A DNA stretch of 64,000 nt from positions 35,034-99,033 of the forward strand of contig CAVVMA010000007.1 in the NCBI GenBank assembly GCA_963749215.1. Reading direction: 5' to 3'. How positions within the stretch are numbered: the first letter of the stretch is position 1; every line of letters starts with the position of its first letter. Both the position numbers and the translations under genes were made by a program. This DNA comes from an uncultured delta proteobacterium (GTDB lineage: Bacteria > Desulfobacterota > Binatia > Binatales > Binataceae). This document shows, piece after piece, positions 50,205 to 63,291 of this stretch. Below the pieces are notes generated by a model, which saw only the letters and a list, made by a program, of their open reading frames with translations, did not search any database and was not told where the DNA came from.

Positions 50205-50600
50205 TCACGGACCGGCGTTCGTCGTTTTGGGCTTGAGGTGAAGGATCTCGGGACGAATCTCGATTCGGTTGATGATCTGCGCGCCGGGCTTCATGAACTT
50301 GCGGGTCTTGGCCTCCGCGTCGCCTTTGCCGAATGAAGTCGCGACGTATCCGAAGAGCATCACCTGCGTTCCGCCGTCGTCGCCCCTGGTAATCTGCGCG
50401 CCTACCAGCGGCAGCCGATGCTTGCGGAGATAGTCGGTCAGCCGCCGGCTGGTCGCGGTATCGACGGTGCTAGATTGGGCCCGTGCAGGAATCTGCGCGA
50501 GCGAGACGAGAGCGGCCGCCAGCACAACCAGCGCCGCCATCCGGGCCGCGCGCGCCAGGTCAACGCGGCGAAACGCACTCATTATCGCGGCTCGTATCAT
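50205..50600 (-). CDS. Secreted BON-domain-like protein
   Basis: A signal peptide MAALVVLAAALVSLAQIPARAQ and a BON-like segment LTDYLRKHRLPLVGAQITRGDDGGTQVMLFGYVATS. Confidence 0.5.
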   Translation of the reverse strand: MIRAAIMSAFRRVDLARAARMAALVVLAAALVSLAQIPARAQSSTVDTATSRRLTDYLRKHRLPLVGAQITRGDDGGTQVMLFGYVATSFGKGDAEAKTRKFMKPGAQIINRIEIRPEILHLKPKTTNAGP

Positions 50601-50735
50601 CTCACTTATCCAACGACGGTCCGGCCCGAGGGGTCAAGGGCTGATCCTGGCCTCGCGGCGGATGCTTCACCGCGCCGACCTGTGGCATAGTTTTATGTGA
50701 TCGGCTAATGAGGTTGGTCCGAGGGGAAGAGTTCG

Positions 50736-51209
50736 ATGCACGCGCGGATTTTGCGAAGAGATGCACGATCGAGATCGCGCCTGTTAACCAGTGTCACCTT
50801 TCTGATCGCAGCTATCGCGCAGACCGGATGCGGGCTGTGGCAGGAAAACGTGACGGCGGAGCATCGCGAGACCGCCGAACAGGTCGAACCTCTACTCGAA
50901 CAGGCCGGCTTCCGGCGGCTACCGGCGGATACCGCCGCGAAGCGAAGCGAGATGGCTGCGCTTGAGCCGCTCAAGCTGGTCCGCTCGCACGACGACAAGC
51001 GCGGTACCCTCTATTGGTACGCGGATCCGTACGTGTGCGGATGCATGTACGCCGGCGACGAGGCCGCTCACCTGCGTTATCGCGAGATCCGGCAGGCTCA
51101 GCAGACCACCGACCAGATGAAGGCCGAAAAAGTGCTCAACACCGAAGCCTGGGACCAGGTTGGCGAAGCACCCGAGATAAACATGTTCAACCCGGTGTTC
51201 TCTCCGTAG
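50736..51209 (+). CDS. Lipoprotein, hypothetical
   Basis: A lipobox FLIAAIAQTGC followed by a polar mature region. No known family was recognised. Confidence 0.5.
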   Translation: MHARILRRDARSRSRLLTSVTFLIAAIAQTGCGLWQENVTAEHRETAEQVEPLLEQAGFRRLPADTAAKRSEMAALEPLKLVRSHDDKRGTLYWYADPYVCGCMYAGDEAAHLRYREIRQAQQTTDQMKAEKVLNTEAWDQVGEAPEINMFNPVFSP

Positions 51210-51263
51210 CTTCTTTGCAAGCTTGAACACCGGTGTTCACCTGATTATCGTTGCTATTGAAGC

Positions 51264-51638
51264 GTGATGGCCCCTTTCGCACAGCGTCCCACCGTCGTTT
51301 TGGTTCTGGCCGCGGGACTCTGCCTTCTATCGGTGGGACTCTGCCTGATACCCCCCGCCGTCAGCTCCAACGGCGTCACCGCAAGCCACCAGTTTGCCCA
51401 GGCGCGCCGCGATTTTCGCCGCCATGCCACGCTCGAAGTGAACGAAACAGCGCGGGAACAGTCGGCTCGCGCTGAAGCAAGCGCACTCGCGCTTGCGCAT
51501 CCGGCGGTGATTCCCGTTGCGGCACCCGCCTTCGCGGCAGCGGTATCAGACCTCGCCGGTTCGGTCCTGCCGGATCGGCTCCTGTTGCGGCCGCGTGCCG
51601 CCGCATCGCGGCCCAGCGGCGACGACGACGCCTCCTGA
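51264..51638 (+). CDS. Small secreted hypothetical protein
   Basis: Signal-peptide-like VVLVLAAGLCLLSVGLCLIPPAVSS. The sequence is Ala-rich and low complexity, so this is a weak call. Confidence 0.35.
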   Translation: MMAPFAQRPTVVLVLAAGLCLLSVGLCLIPPAVSSNGVTASHQFAQARRDFRRHATLEVNETAREQSARAEASALALAHPAVIPVAAPAFAAAVSDLAGSVLPDRLLLRPRAAASRPSGDDDAS

Positions 51639-51755
51639 CCTCGATTCAGTCCGGGTTCCTCGCACGTTCCGGATAGTATTCCGGAGCGCTTCGACAGACA
51701 GGACAACCTTCGCCGCGGTCCGTGCGCGGCCAAGCCGGTTCGAGGTTTTCGTCGC

Positions 51756-54901
<3,146 letters not shown>

Positions 54902-54905
<4 letters not shown>

Positions 54906-56080
54906 GGCTTGCGACTTTCGCGGCTACCTGTTTCGCGATCGCAGCGGCTCTGCCCACGACCGGTTGCGATCGGCACGCCGAGTCAACGCCCGCCGCGCTA
55001 ACCAGGGTGCTGGTGGTGCATCCGCAGCGTGCGGACATGACCCAGTTGATCGAGTTGCCCGGCGACCTGGTCGGCTTTTACGAAGCCGCGCTGCACGCGA
55101 AGGTCAGTGGCTATCTGAAATCGATCAGCGTCGACAAGGGCGACCGGATCAAGGCGGGGCAAGTGCTCGCGGAAATCGAGGTGCCCGAGCTCCGCTCCAA
55201 CCTGGCCCGCGCCCGCGCGGGGCTCGAGATTCAGCACATCACCTACGATCGCCTCAAGCAGGTTCAGCATTCCGATCCGCGGCTGGTAGCGCAGCAGGAC
55301 GTTGACATGGCGTTCGCGAACTATCAGCAGGCCGCCGCCGAGGTCCAAACGCTCGAGACGATGGTCGGCTACACGAAAATTATCGCTCCGTTCGACGGAA
55401 TCGTCACCGGCCGGTTCGCGGACCCGGGCGCGCTCATCGCCGCTGGCGCCGGCGAAGGCAGCAACGGCGAGAGCTCGGCGCAGATCAGCCCCGGCGCAAC
55501 TGAAGGCGCGGAGGGCCACCGCGCTGGAGGCGGCCCCGTACTGACGATTGCAAAGATCGACCAGCTCCGCGTTTATGTCTACGTGCCGGAAGGCTCCTGC
55601 CCGCTGATTCGCCGCGGCACTCCGGCCGTCCTGAGCTTCGACGAATTGCCACATCGCGAGTTCACCGGGTCGGTGACCCGCTATGCAAGCTCGCTGGACC
55701 TTGCCACACGCACGATGTTGACTGAAATAGACATCGCCAATCCGGACGGCGCGCTATACCCCAGGATGTATGCGCACGTCAGGCTTCAGTTGGTGCGCCA
55801 TCCCGACGCTCTTCGCTTACCGGCCGGAGCGGTCCATAGCGCCGGCGAAAAGGCCGAGGTGCTCACGGTCGACAACGGCCGTCTGGCCCAAACATCGGTC
55901 ACGACCGGCATCGACGATGGACGCTATGTAGAGATCACTTCCGGACTGAGAGGCGACGATCTTGTCGTCAGTACCTACAGCAACGTACTGCGCAATGGTG
56001 AGGCGATCGACTACGTAATCGCGGGCGCCAACCACGATGGTGGCGAGGGCGATGCCGCCTCGGCCGCATCCACCGACTGA
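54902..56080 (+). CDS. RND efflux periplasmic adaptor (membrane-fusion protein), a lipoprotein
   Basis: The GTG start overlaps the permease stop (GTGA). There is a lipobox AIAAALPTTGC. Biotinyl-like and beta-barrel domain motifs are present (GQVLAEIEVPEL, IAPFDGIVTGRFADPGALI). Confidence 0.85.
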
Positions 56081-56126
56081 GCGCGCTTCTCGTTCCGTCG
56101 CCCGATTACCCAAGAGGTGAGAAGCC

Positions 56127-57632
56127 ATGACCTATCGCCAGGCTCTGTTCATTGCCGGTTTCCTGTTCGCTGCTGCGCCGGCGGCCGATTTGAGGGCGTC
56201 CGGCGCCATCCCGGTGCATCAGTCCGCGAGTCATTTCGCCGGTCAGGATGATCACCCTATTGCCCTGATGCCGTCATCCTCTGCCACTCCTTCTGTGCAG
56301 CCCTCAACCGAATCGTCCGCACGCCTGCCGATTCCGCCGGGAACCAGGCTGACGCTCAGCCAGGCGATTTCAATTGCGCTCAGCAATCATCCCAAGGCGC
56401 AGCAGGCCTCGGACGAGACTCGCGCAGCGACAGAGCGGACGGCCCAGGCACGCTCTTACCTTGCTCCGCAGGTCTTCGGCATCGCGGAATACCTGCGCAC
56501 TACCGACAACGGGATCGGCAACACAAATTACTACAACGTCGACGGCGCCTTTCCGCGGATCAGCGGCACGAATCACAATCTGCGGGCCAACGACTTCTCG
56601 CAGAGCTCCGAGACGTCGGACAATTATCTCGGCGGAATTGAGGTTTCGCAATTTCTCTTCGATCTCGGCCGCCGGCGCGGCTACGTCGCCCAGCGCAGGT
56701 TCGAAGCCGAGGCGGCGGCCGCGCAGGAAGAGCTCACTGATATGGATCTGATATTCGAGATATCGGAATGCTATTTCCAGTTGCTCGAGGCCGGGCAGAT
56801 GGTCAGGGTCTTCGAAAAAGCCCTCGAGCAACGCGGGTTCCACAACCATGAGGCCGAAGTGAAGGTCAAGGCGGGGCTCAGACCTCAACTTGATGTATAC
56901 ATCACGCAAGCCGAGGTGGAGCGGGCCCAGCTCCATCTCGTCGATGCCCGCAATGCGCGCGACGACGCCAAGGTTGCGCTGGATAACGCGCTCGGCGCCG
57001 GTGAAAGCGCGCCGGACTACGAGCCTGCCGAAGTGCTGACCTACTCGCAAATCCAGGACACTCCGGAAGCCCTTTTGAAGACCGCCTTCGCTATGCGGCC
57101 GGACCTCAAGGCCGTCGAAGACGAGGCGCGAGCGATGGGCGCACAGATTACTCAGTATCGCAGTGACTATTTCCCGACCTTGAGCGCGGTCGGCGGCTAC
57201 GCCGGGATGGGAACGGGGTTGCCGGTAGTGAGCAATTTCAGCGCCGGCATCGTGCTGACATGGCCGATCTTCAACGGCTTTCTGACCGACCATCAGGTCG
57301 CCGAGGCGAGACTCCAGCAACGCGCCCTCGAGCACGAGATCCAAGATCGGCGCCAGCGTATCGTGCTCGACGTGAAGACTGCCTTTCTGAATTGGCAGGC
57401 CTCGTTGGAACGAATCGACCGCGCCGCTAAGACCTTGGCGGCCTCGCGGGTTGAGCTGGAACTGGCCGAAAAACGCTACCAGATCGGCCTCGGCGATATC
57501 GTGGAACTCGAGGATGCCGAGCGTCACTACACCGAGGATGACGCGGAGTATGCCAACTCGCTGTACGGTTACTCGGTGGCGAAGGCGGCCGTCGATCGAG
57601 CGTCCGGCCGAGCCCTTTCTACCTTACAATAG
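56127..57632 (+). CDS. TolC-family outer-membrane efflux protein
   Basis: A signal peptide and a two-repeat OEP architecture with coiled-coil segments, about 500 aa long. Confidence 0.85.
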   Translation: MTYRQALFIAGFLFAAAPAADLRASGAIPVHQSASHFAGQDDHPIALMPSSSATPSVQPSTESSARLPIPPGTRLTLSQAISIALSNHPKAQQASDETRAATERTAQARSYLAPQVFGIAEYLRTTDNGIGNTNYYNVDGAFPRISGTNHNLRANDFSQSSETSDNYLGGIEVSQFLFDLGRRRGYVAQRRFEAEAAAAQEELTDMDLIFEISECYFQLLEAGQMVRVFEKALEQRGFHNHEAEVKVKAGLRPQLDVYITQAEVERAQLHLVDARNARDDAKVALDNALGAGESAPDYEPAEVLTYSQIQDTPEALLKTAFAMRPDLKAVEDEARAMGAQITQYRSDYFPTLSAVGGYAGMGTGLPVVSNFSAGIVLTWPIFNGFLTDHQVAEARLQQRALEHEIQDRRQRIVLDVKTAFLNWQASLERIDRAAKTLAASRVELELAEKRYQIGLGDIVELEDAERHYTEDDAEYANSLYGYSVAKAAVDRASGRALSTLQ

Positions 57633-57690
57633 TAGGACGGCCGGGCGGGGAGGTGGGGGGAGCACCTGCGCCCGCCCGGCCGGGGTGGAG
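57633..57690. terminator. Bidirectional terminator hairpin between the convergent tolC-like and porin genes
   Basis: GGCCGGGCGGG-(21 nt)-CCCGCCCGGCC is a perfect 11-bp GC stem placed between the two convergent stop codons. Confidence 0.5.
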
Positions 57691-57694
57691 GACT

Positions 57695-59281
57695 CTAGTA
57701 ACTGAACTCAGCCGCAAGCATGAACATATGATTGTCGCGCGGCACCGCGTCCGTTACATCCGTGTCGGGGCCGCCGAAATGCTTCACTTCCGAGCCGGCA
57801 ACCGTAAACTGGTCGTGATAGTAGAGCAGGTTCTGGTTCACAAGTGAGAAGCGGAGAAACTCATTGTACTGATAATTGACACCCACTACGAAACGCTGAA
57901 AGTCATTGGGGTTCACGTCGACCTTGGTATTCGGCTGCATAAGCTCGAACATGCCGAAGGCCGTAAACGGCGAGTCGGGGATGTGCACGTGCCCGAAGAA
58001 GTCGAATCCCTGCTGGAAGGACCTGCCGTTGTTTTGAAACGCGGCCGACATGGCTGAGTAGTTCGCGAACGTCTTGGAGCTGGACAATGGTCCGCTGCTC
58101 GACCACAGGTTCCCGGTGGTGAAAGCGTTCTCACCCACGTCCCATTCACCCGCCAGTCCCCATTGCTCGGCCGTGTAATGGAGCAGCGCGGCGATGCGCA
58201 ACACATGCTTGGACTCGGTGCTGGTGGTGGTCTCGTCGGGTGCGACGTTGCTGTAGCCGTAGTCGTAAAATCCCGTTAGCCCGAGCCCGTCAAAGCGCCA
58301 CTGCGCACCCAATGGGTAGACCGTCAAGCGCGCCATCGTCTGCTTGGTGTTGGTCTCCTCCATCTGATGAAAGTTGGCGTCGTTGTATACCCCGAGATCG
58401 TAATCAACATATTGCAGCCCGTTGAACTTGACCGGGCCCTGCATCGAGAGGCCCTGTTGGGTTGAAGACAAACTGAGATAGTTCCAGGGCGTCAGATTGA
58501 CATAGCGGAAGCCGTAGAGATCTTCCTCCCATGCAACCAGCGGATTCGGCGCCTGTCCGATCGTGATCGTATCGCCCTTCATAGGCTCGACTCGGTCGAA
58601 AGCCTTGCTGTACTGCAGGTAGGCGTACTTGATTCGAACGGCGAGCTGGTCATTCACGTTGCTGGAGACCGAGCTGTTTTTCGAGTTAGTGTCGGCCGAG
58701 GTGCCGCCGGCGTTCTGCCTGTAGAGATTGGGCGTCACGCGAACCGTCCAGTCGTCGGTAGGATTGAAGTAGAAGTTGAGATACGCGCGCGATACGTCGA
58801 AGCTGTTGAAATCGGCGTTGCCGGGTCCCGGTGCGTTGATCTGGGTAAGCTCCTGCGGACCGAAGCCGGTGTGCGAATAGAAACGGTAATCCGCATACAC
58901 CAGCGTGCCGAAACGGACCTTGTTTTTGAAGTTGTCGATGTAGTCCTGCCATGCAGGCCTGACTTCGGCCATCTCCGTCGAGACTTCCTGAGTCTGTTGC
59001 GTGGTCTTGGCGAGCTCAGCGCTTATCTGCTGCTGACTCTGTTCGAGAGCCTGCGTCTTTTGTTCGACTTTCTGATCGACTTGCTGTTCGATCTCGCTGG
59101 CGCCCAAGCCTGCGGCCGGAATGATAAACGCCGTGCGGCCCTTGCCGGGGCGGATAAATAGCTGGCCGGTCTTCGAGTCGACCCATAGCGTCATGGTTTT
59201 CGGTTTTGGATTGTCCTGTGCGAGCGCGGGCCGGATGGCGGTAAGCATCACCGCGCCAAGTATCGCCGCGGCCGCAATCAT
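57695..59281 (-). CDS. Outer-membrane beta-barrel porin, possibly an anion/phosphate-selective OprO/OprP-like porin given its pstS neighbourhood
   Basis: A signal peptide MIAAAAILGAVMLTAIRPALAQ, an N-terminal coiled/Gln-rich segment, an alternating-hydrophobic beta-strand pattern and a C-terminal aromatic residue (…AAEFSY). The start is ATG at 59281; a longer ORF reaches 59383. Confidence 0.6.
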   Translation of the reverse strand: MIAAAAILGAVMLTAIRPALAQDNPKPKTMTLWVDSKTGQLFIRPGKGRTAFIIPAAGLGASEIEQQVDQKVEQKTQALEQSQQQISAELAKTTQQTQEVSTEMAEVRPAWQDYIDNFKNKVRFGTLVYADYRFYSHTGFGPQELTQINAPGPGNADFNSFDVSRAYLNFYFNPTDDWTVRVTPNLYRQNAGGTSADTNSKNSSVSSNVNDQLAVRIKYAYLQYSKAFDRVEPMKGDTITIGQAPNPLVAWEEDLYGFRYVNLTPWNYLSLSSTQQGLSMQGPVKFNGLQYVDYDLGVYNDANFHQMEETNTKQTMARLTVYPLGAQWRFDGLGLTGFYDYGYSNVAPDETTTSTESKHVLRIAALLHYTAEQWGLAGEWDVGENAFTTGNLWSSSGPLSSSKTFANYSAMSAAFQNNGRSFQQGFDFFGHVHIPDSPFTAFGMFELMQPNTKVDVNPNDFQRFVVGVNYQYNEFLRFSLVNQNLLYYHDQFTVAGSEVKHFGGPDTDVTDAVPRDNHMFMLAAEFSY

Positions 59282-59351
59282 TAGCCTTCTGGATCTCACC
59301 GGGTAGTCTCCTCCGTTGTATGGTCGTGTGATCGAGGTTTGCGTCGCCGCC

Positions 59352-59627
59352 TTACTTTCCCGATTCATACTTCTTGATTTCATCCAGGCGGATCTTCGCG
59401 AGCTGGAAAGTCGTGTAGACCTTGCCGTCGCACACGTACTTGCTCGGCGAGCCCGAACTCACCAGTCCGCAGTCCCAGACATGGGGTGCTTCGGCCTGGG
59501 CGGCGGTCCCTGACGCGGGAGCCGCAGCCGGCCACATGGTGGCGCAACCCGCGCCCAGCGCCGCCATTGCCGCGCAGAGCACGACCGCCGACAGAACCGA
59601 AGTCACTTTCGATCTGGTCATAGTCAT
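59352..59627 (-). CDS. Small lipoprotein, hypothetical
   Basis: MTMTRSKVTSVLSAVVLCAAMAALGAGC (lipobox). A strong GGGGGAGGAAAG SD lies immediately upstream of the ATG at 59627. Confidence 0.5.
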   Translation of the reverse strand: MTMTRSKVTSVLSAVVLCAAMAALGAGCATMWPAAAPASGTAAQAEAPHVWDCGLVSSGSPSKYVCDGKVYTTFQLAKIRLDEIKKYESGK

Positions 59628-59938
59628 TTCTTTCCTCCCCCAACTCTTCTTGAGCTGGCCTTGTCCCGCGCCGCGCGTGGTTTGCCCGTATTGCAGCGAC
59701 CGTCCGATCGACAGCCTCCTCCCCATACACACACTGTCGGACGCACTCGCAGAGTCCGGGCTCGCGGCGCGGTCGCAGACTAGGCGAGCAAGATTACGGG
59801 CGAATTACGCGGCAGTGTCGGCACAGTAAATTCGGTGGGAGCAAAAGTCGCGATCTGGCCGGCGAGAAATGCCACGCAGGTAGCCCTCCATTGGGAAGGG
59901 CGGAGGACAGAAAAAGCGCCGGGTGTGAGCGAGAAGAC

Positions 59939-60334
59939 TTACAAGCGTTGGTCGTTGACAATCGGCATCGGATGACCGCCAAGCAGGCGGGCCTCCTGGC
60001 TATCGAGGGCATCGTCCACCGCATCCAGCGATACGGCGCGACCCCGCCTTAGCCGCTCGACCAGACGATCGACTTCAGAGACCTTGTGCATGTAGTAGCG
60101 ATCCAGGGTTGGATTTGTCGCGGTGTAGCTTTGCGAGCTCATCTTGTAGATGCGTCTCGCCTTGGTCAGGAGATGCAACGCGTGAGCGGCCGACGGAGTC
60201 CCGGGACTTATTGTGCGCTCGCCCGCAGTTACGGGTGCGCCGGAGCGAAGTAGCGAGAGCGCGAGAGCGGATATCACGCAGGCGACCATGATCCTGCTGT
60301 TCACAGTCGGTGCCTCCATGCGAGGTATCGACAA
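59939..60334 (-). CDS. Hypothetical secreted protein
   Basis: A signal-like segment MVACVISALALSLLRSGAPVTA. No family was recognised, so this is a weak call. Confidence 0.35.
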   Translation of the reverse strand: MSIPRMEAPTVNSRIMVACVISALALSLLRSGAPVTAGERTISPGTPSAAHALHLLTKARRIYKMSSQSYTATNPTLDRYYMHKVSEVDRLVERLRRGRAVSLDAVDDALDSQEARLLGGHPMPIVNDQRL

Positions 60335-60435
60335 TCTACGTGCGAGGCGATTTATCCGCTATCCCGCTCTCTATCCGGAATGCCTTCGGCCTGGAATGCC
60401 TCAGGATTCGTATGTGATTCTCGCTACAGCTGCGC

Positions 60436-61473
60436 TCAGTCGCCGGAGACCGCAACCTTGTCGAGTTGAGCGAGCTCGGCGCTAACCACCGGCGAGGGCA
60501 GCGGCGCGTACGACAGCGCCGGCGCGTACTGCTGCCCGTTGCTCAGCATCCACTTGATGAACTCCTTGATCGCCTTTCCCTTGGCGGCATCGGCCTGCTG
60601 CTGGTAGACGAGCAAGTATGTGAACGACGAGATCGGATAGGCGTTGGGGCCGGGCGCGTCGGTGATCGAGACGCGGAAGTCCGCCGGAATGTTGGCCGCG
60701 TCGCCGGCAGCGGCCGCCGTCACGCTCTGGACGCTCGGCTTGACCCAGTCTCCATCGTGGCTCTTGAGCTCCGCGTAAGGCGCCTTGGTCTGCACCGCGT
60801 AGACCAGCTCGATATATCCGATCGCTCCAGGGGTTTGCTGCACAAGCGCAGTGACACCCTCATTACCCTTACCGCCGAGACCGGCTGGCCATTTGACGGC
60901 AGTAGCCTTGCCTACGCTCTTGCTCCACTCGGGGCTGACCTTGGAGAGATAGTCGGTGAAGACGTAGCTCGTGCCGCTGCCGTCGGAGCGATGGCATACC
61001 ACGATGTCGGTATCCGGCAGCTTCGCCGACGGATTCAGCGTCGCGATCGCTTGGTCGTTCCATTTGGTGATCTTGCCGAGGAAGATGTCCGCGATTACCG
61101 GGCCGGTCAGCCGGAGCGAATCCGTCAAGCCCGGGACGTTGTAGGTAATAACGATCGCGCCCAGTACGGTCGGGAAGTGCATCACTTTCACAGACGCCTG
61201 GCTGAGCTGCTGATCGTTCATCGGAGCGTCGCTGGCGCCGAAGTCGACGGTCTTGTTCAGCAGTTGCTTGATTCCGCCGCCCGATCCGATCGATTGGTAG
61301 TTGAAATGTACATTCGGATTGTCCTTGGCGTATTGGTCGAACCACTGCGAATAGATCGGATACGGAAATGTCGCGCCGGCGCCATTGATCAGGAGCTGGC
61401 AGCGGGCGTCGCGTGCTCCTGCAAAAACCGCCGCCACCAGTGCGATCGTGAAGGCAATCTTCTTTATCACCAT
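60436..61473 (-). CDS. pstS: Phosphate ABC transporter substrate-binding protein PstS
   Basis: GAGATFPYPIYSQWFDQYAK, SIGSGGGIKQ and GASDAPM are PstS signature segments. There is a signal peptide, and a GGAGACAAC SD sits before the ATG. Confidence 0.9.
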   Translation of the reverse strand: MVIKKIAFTIALVAAVFAGARDARCQLLINGAGATFPYPIYSQWFDQYAKDNPNVHFNYQSIGSGGGIKQLLNKTVDFGASDAPMNDQQLSQASVKVMHFPTVLGAIVITYNVPGLTDSLRLTGPVIADIFLGKITKWNDQAIATLNPSAKLPDTDIVVCHRSDGSGTSYVFTDYLSKVSPEWSKSVGKATAVKWPAGLGGKGNEGVTALVQQTPGAIGYIELVYAVQTKAPYAELKSHDGDWVKPSVQSVTAAAAGDAANIPADFRVSITDAPGPNAYPISSFTYLLVYQQQADAAKGKAIKEFIKWMLSNGQQYAPALSYAPLPSPVVSAELAQLDKVAVSGD

Positions 61474-61912
61474 GTTGTCTCCTGTAGATATCGTCCCCTG
61501 TCGGCGCGCTCCGGTTTCGGAGCGCGGACGTGCGCCTCATAGCAAACTAACAAGCCAAGGTTACAGCGGGGTTAAGTGGACGTTGTGGCGAGGTTAATTC
61601 GGCCCTTGGCTCCCGAAAAAGCCGCGGATTTGCTGCATATTTTCGCGCCCCGGCCCCTTACTCTGGAAACCGCCGTACGCCTGTTGATAGAGTATCGGCC
61701 CGTATTGTTGGATGAGCGGCGACCTCTCTGGTAAGCAGATACCGCCGGTCATCGATTCTCGGCCGTAAACTAGGACCGCGCCAGACATCGAGGGACGTTC
61801 CCCGGTAGTTCACTGAAGGTTTAGAGGATTGCGTCCCTTCCAGGTTGCGCGCGATGAATTCTGCGACGAAAGACTCTGAGCCTAACGTCCGCCGAACAAC
61901 CATGGACCACAA

Positions 61913-62398
61913 ATGATTAGCGACAAAGCTTTCAACGTACTCTTCATCGATACGGAAAACTCCAACCGCAGCATCATTGCGGAGGCGGTCCTGCGTCATT
62001 GGGGCAAGGACCGGTTTCGCGCCTTCAGCGCCGGCCTCAACCCCGGCGGCCAGGTAGATCCGCTCACGATTGAACTCCTGACGGCGTCCCGTCTTTCGAC
62101 CGAAGGACTGAGGAGCAAGGGCTGCCAGGAGTTTTCCATCGCCGGTGCGCCCCAGATGGATTTCGTGATCAGCGTCTGCGACACGCCCGCCGCGGAGCTC
62201 AAGGGCTCCTTTCCCGGACGCCCGATTCTCGCCCATTGGACGATTACCGATCCCGGGGCCGCTCGCGACAGCGCGGCGAAAAAGAAGGGCGCGTGTCGCC
62301 ACGCGTTTCAGGAGCTCGAAACCCGGGTTAGACTCTTCGTGCTGTTGCGGCACGAGGGCTCCGCTGCCCAGCCCGCCGCGCAACTCCAGGCCGTTTAG
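61913..62398 (+). CDS. ArsC / low-molecular-weight phosphatase family protein with a non-canonical P-loop in which the catalytic Cys is replaced by Asp
   Basis: NVLFIDTENSNRSIIAEA aligns to the canonical LCTGNSCRSQMAE loop (C-X5-R). Here the loop is D-T-E-N-S-N-R-S. The downstream VISVCDTP aligns to the family's VVTLCGDA segment. Confidence 0.75.
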   Translation: MISDKAFNVLFIDTENSNRSIIAEAVLRHWGKDRFRAFSAGLNPGGQVDPLTIELLTASRLSTEGLRSKGCQEFSIAGAPQMDFVISVCDTPAAELKGSFPGRPILAHWTITDPGAARDSAAKKKGACRHAFQELETRVRLFVLLRHEGSAAQPAAQLQAV

Positions 62399-63291
62399 CG
62401 GCGCTCGATCAGCGCGCTGAGCCGGCCTGGCAGGGCGCTGCGAAACTCCATCGGTGCGCCGGAAACCGGATGGCGCAATTCCAGCGCGCACGAATGCAGC
62501 GCGAGCCGCCGCGCGGGATCGCTGCTCGCGCCATATTTCCGATCGCCGACAACCGGATGGCCCAGCGCAGCCAGCTGAACGCGGATCTGGTGCTTGCGAC
62601 CGGTCTCGAGCGTTAGTTCGAGCAGCGATTTGTTCCCCTGCATCTCAAGTACGCGATAGTGCGTGATCGCCAACTCGCCACCCTTATCGACCCGATGAAC
62701 CGTCAGTGACTTGATCTCCACAAGCTTGTCTCTCAGCGTTCCTTTCGCGTTGGAGGGTGCGCCTTCGACCACGGCGAGATATTTCTTCGTAACCTGCTTC
62801 CAGCTCTGCTGAAGAGTCGCCTGGGTGGATTCATTTCTTGCGAACAGCATCAGTCCGGAAGTCTCGCGGTCGAGCCGATGGACGATAAAGGCCTGTTGCA
62901 GCGAGGATTTCGCGAGCGCCTTCAAATGTTCATTGAGGATGCGATGCACGGTTCGCTCCTTCTCCCGTTCCGAGCCCATCGAAAGCAACCCGGCGGGTTT
63001 CTCGACCACGACGATCGCATCGTCAAGATGGACGATTCTGAGGCCGTGGCGCTCGAGCGCCACGTCGCGCGGCGGCTTGCGTGCGGCGATGGTCACGAGG
63101 TCGCCCGGCTCCAACCGGGTATCGTGCCGGATATCGTTGGCGGTAGCGCTCCGGACCGGCGACTTGCGTTGCACCGTCACCGCCCGAAACCGGAGCAGGT
63201 CCTTCGCTTGTTTACGCGACAGTCCGAGCGGCAGGCCGATCAGAAACGGCAGTAGCTCGCATCCTGAGGCAACCCGAAACTGCTGGCCCAC
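62395..63291 (-). CDS. RluA-family pseudouridine synthase
   Basis: An S4-like N-terminus and the catalytic motif HRLDRETSGLMLFAR. The GTG start at 63291 overlaps the stop of the upstream ppx gene. Confidence 0.8.
   Translation of the reverse strand: MGQQFRVASGCELLPFLIGLPLGLSRKQAKDLLRFRAVTVQRKSPVRSATANDIRHDTRLEPGDLVTIAARKPPRDVALERHGLRIVHLDDAIVVVEKPAGLLSMGSEREKERTVHRILNEHLKALAKSSLQQAFIVHRLDRETSGLMLFARNESTQATLQQSWKQVTKKYLAVVEGAPSNAKGTLRDKLVEIKSLTVHRVDKGGELAITHYRVLEMQGNKSLLELTLETGRKHQIRVQLAALGHPVVGDRKYGASSDPARRLALHSCALELRHPVSGAPMEFRSALPGRLSALIERR

Noticed and set aside
61474-61520. A Pho box upstream of pstS (CTGTagatatcgtccccTGTC)
   Set aside because: The two CTGT half-sites are spaced 16 nt apart, not 11, and lie within 30 nt of the start codon, overlapping the SD. 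This is not a plausible PhoB-dependent promoter geometry.
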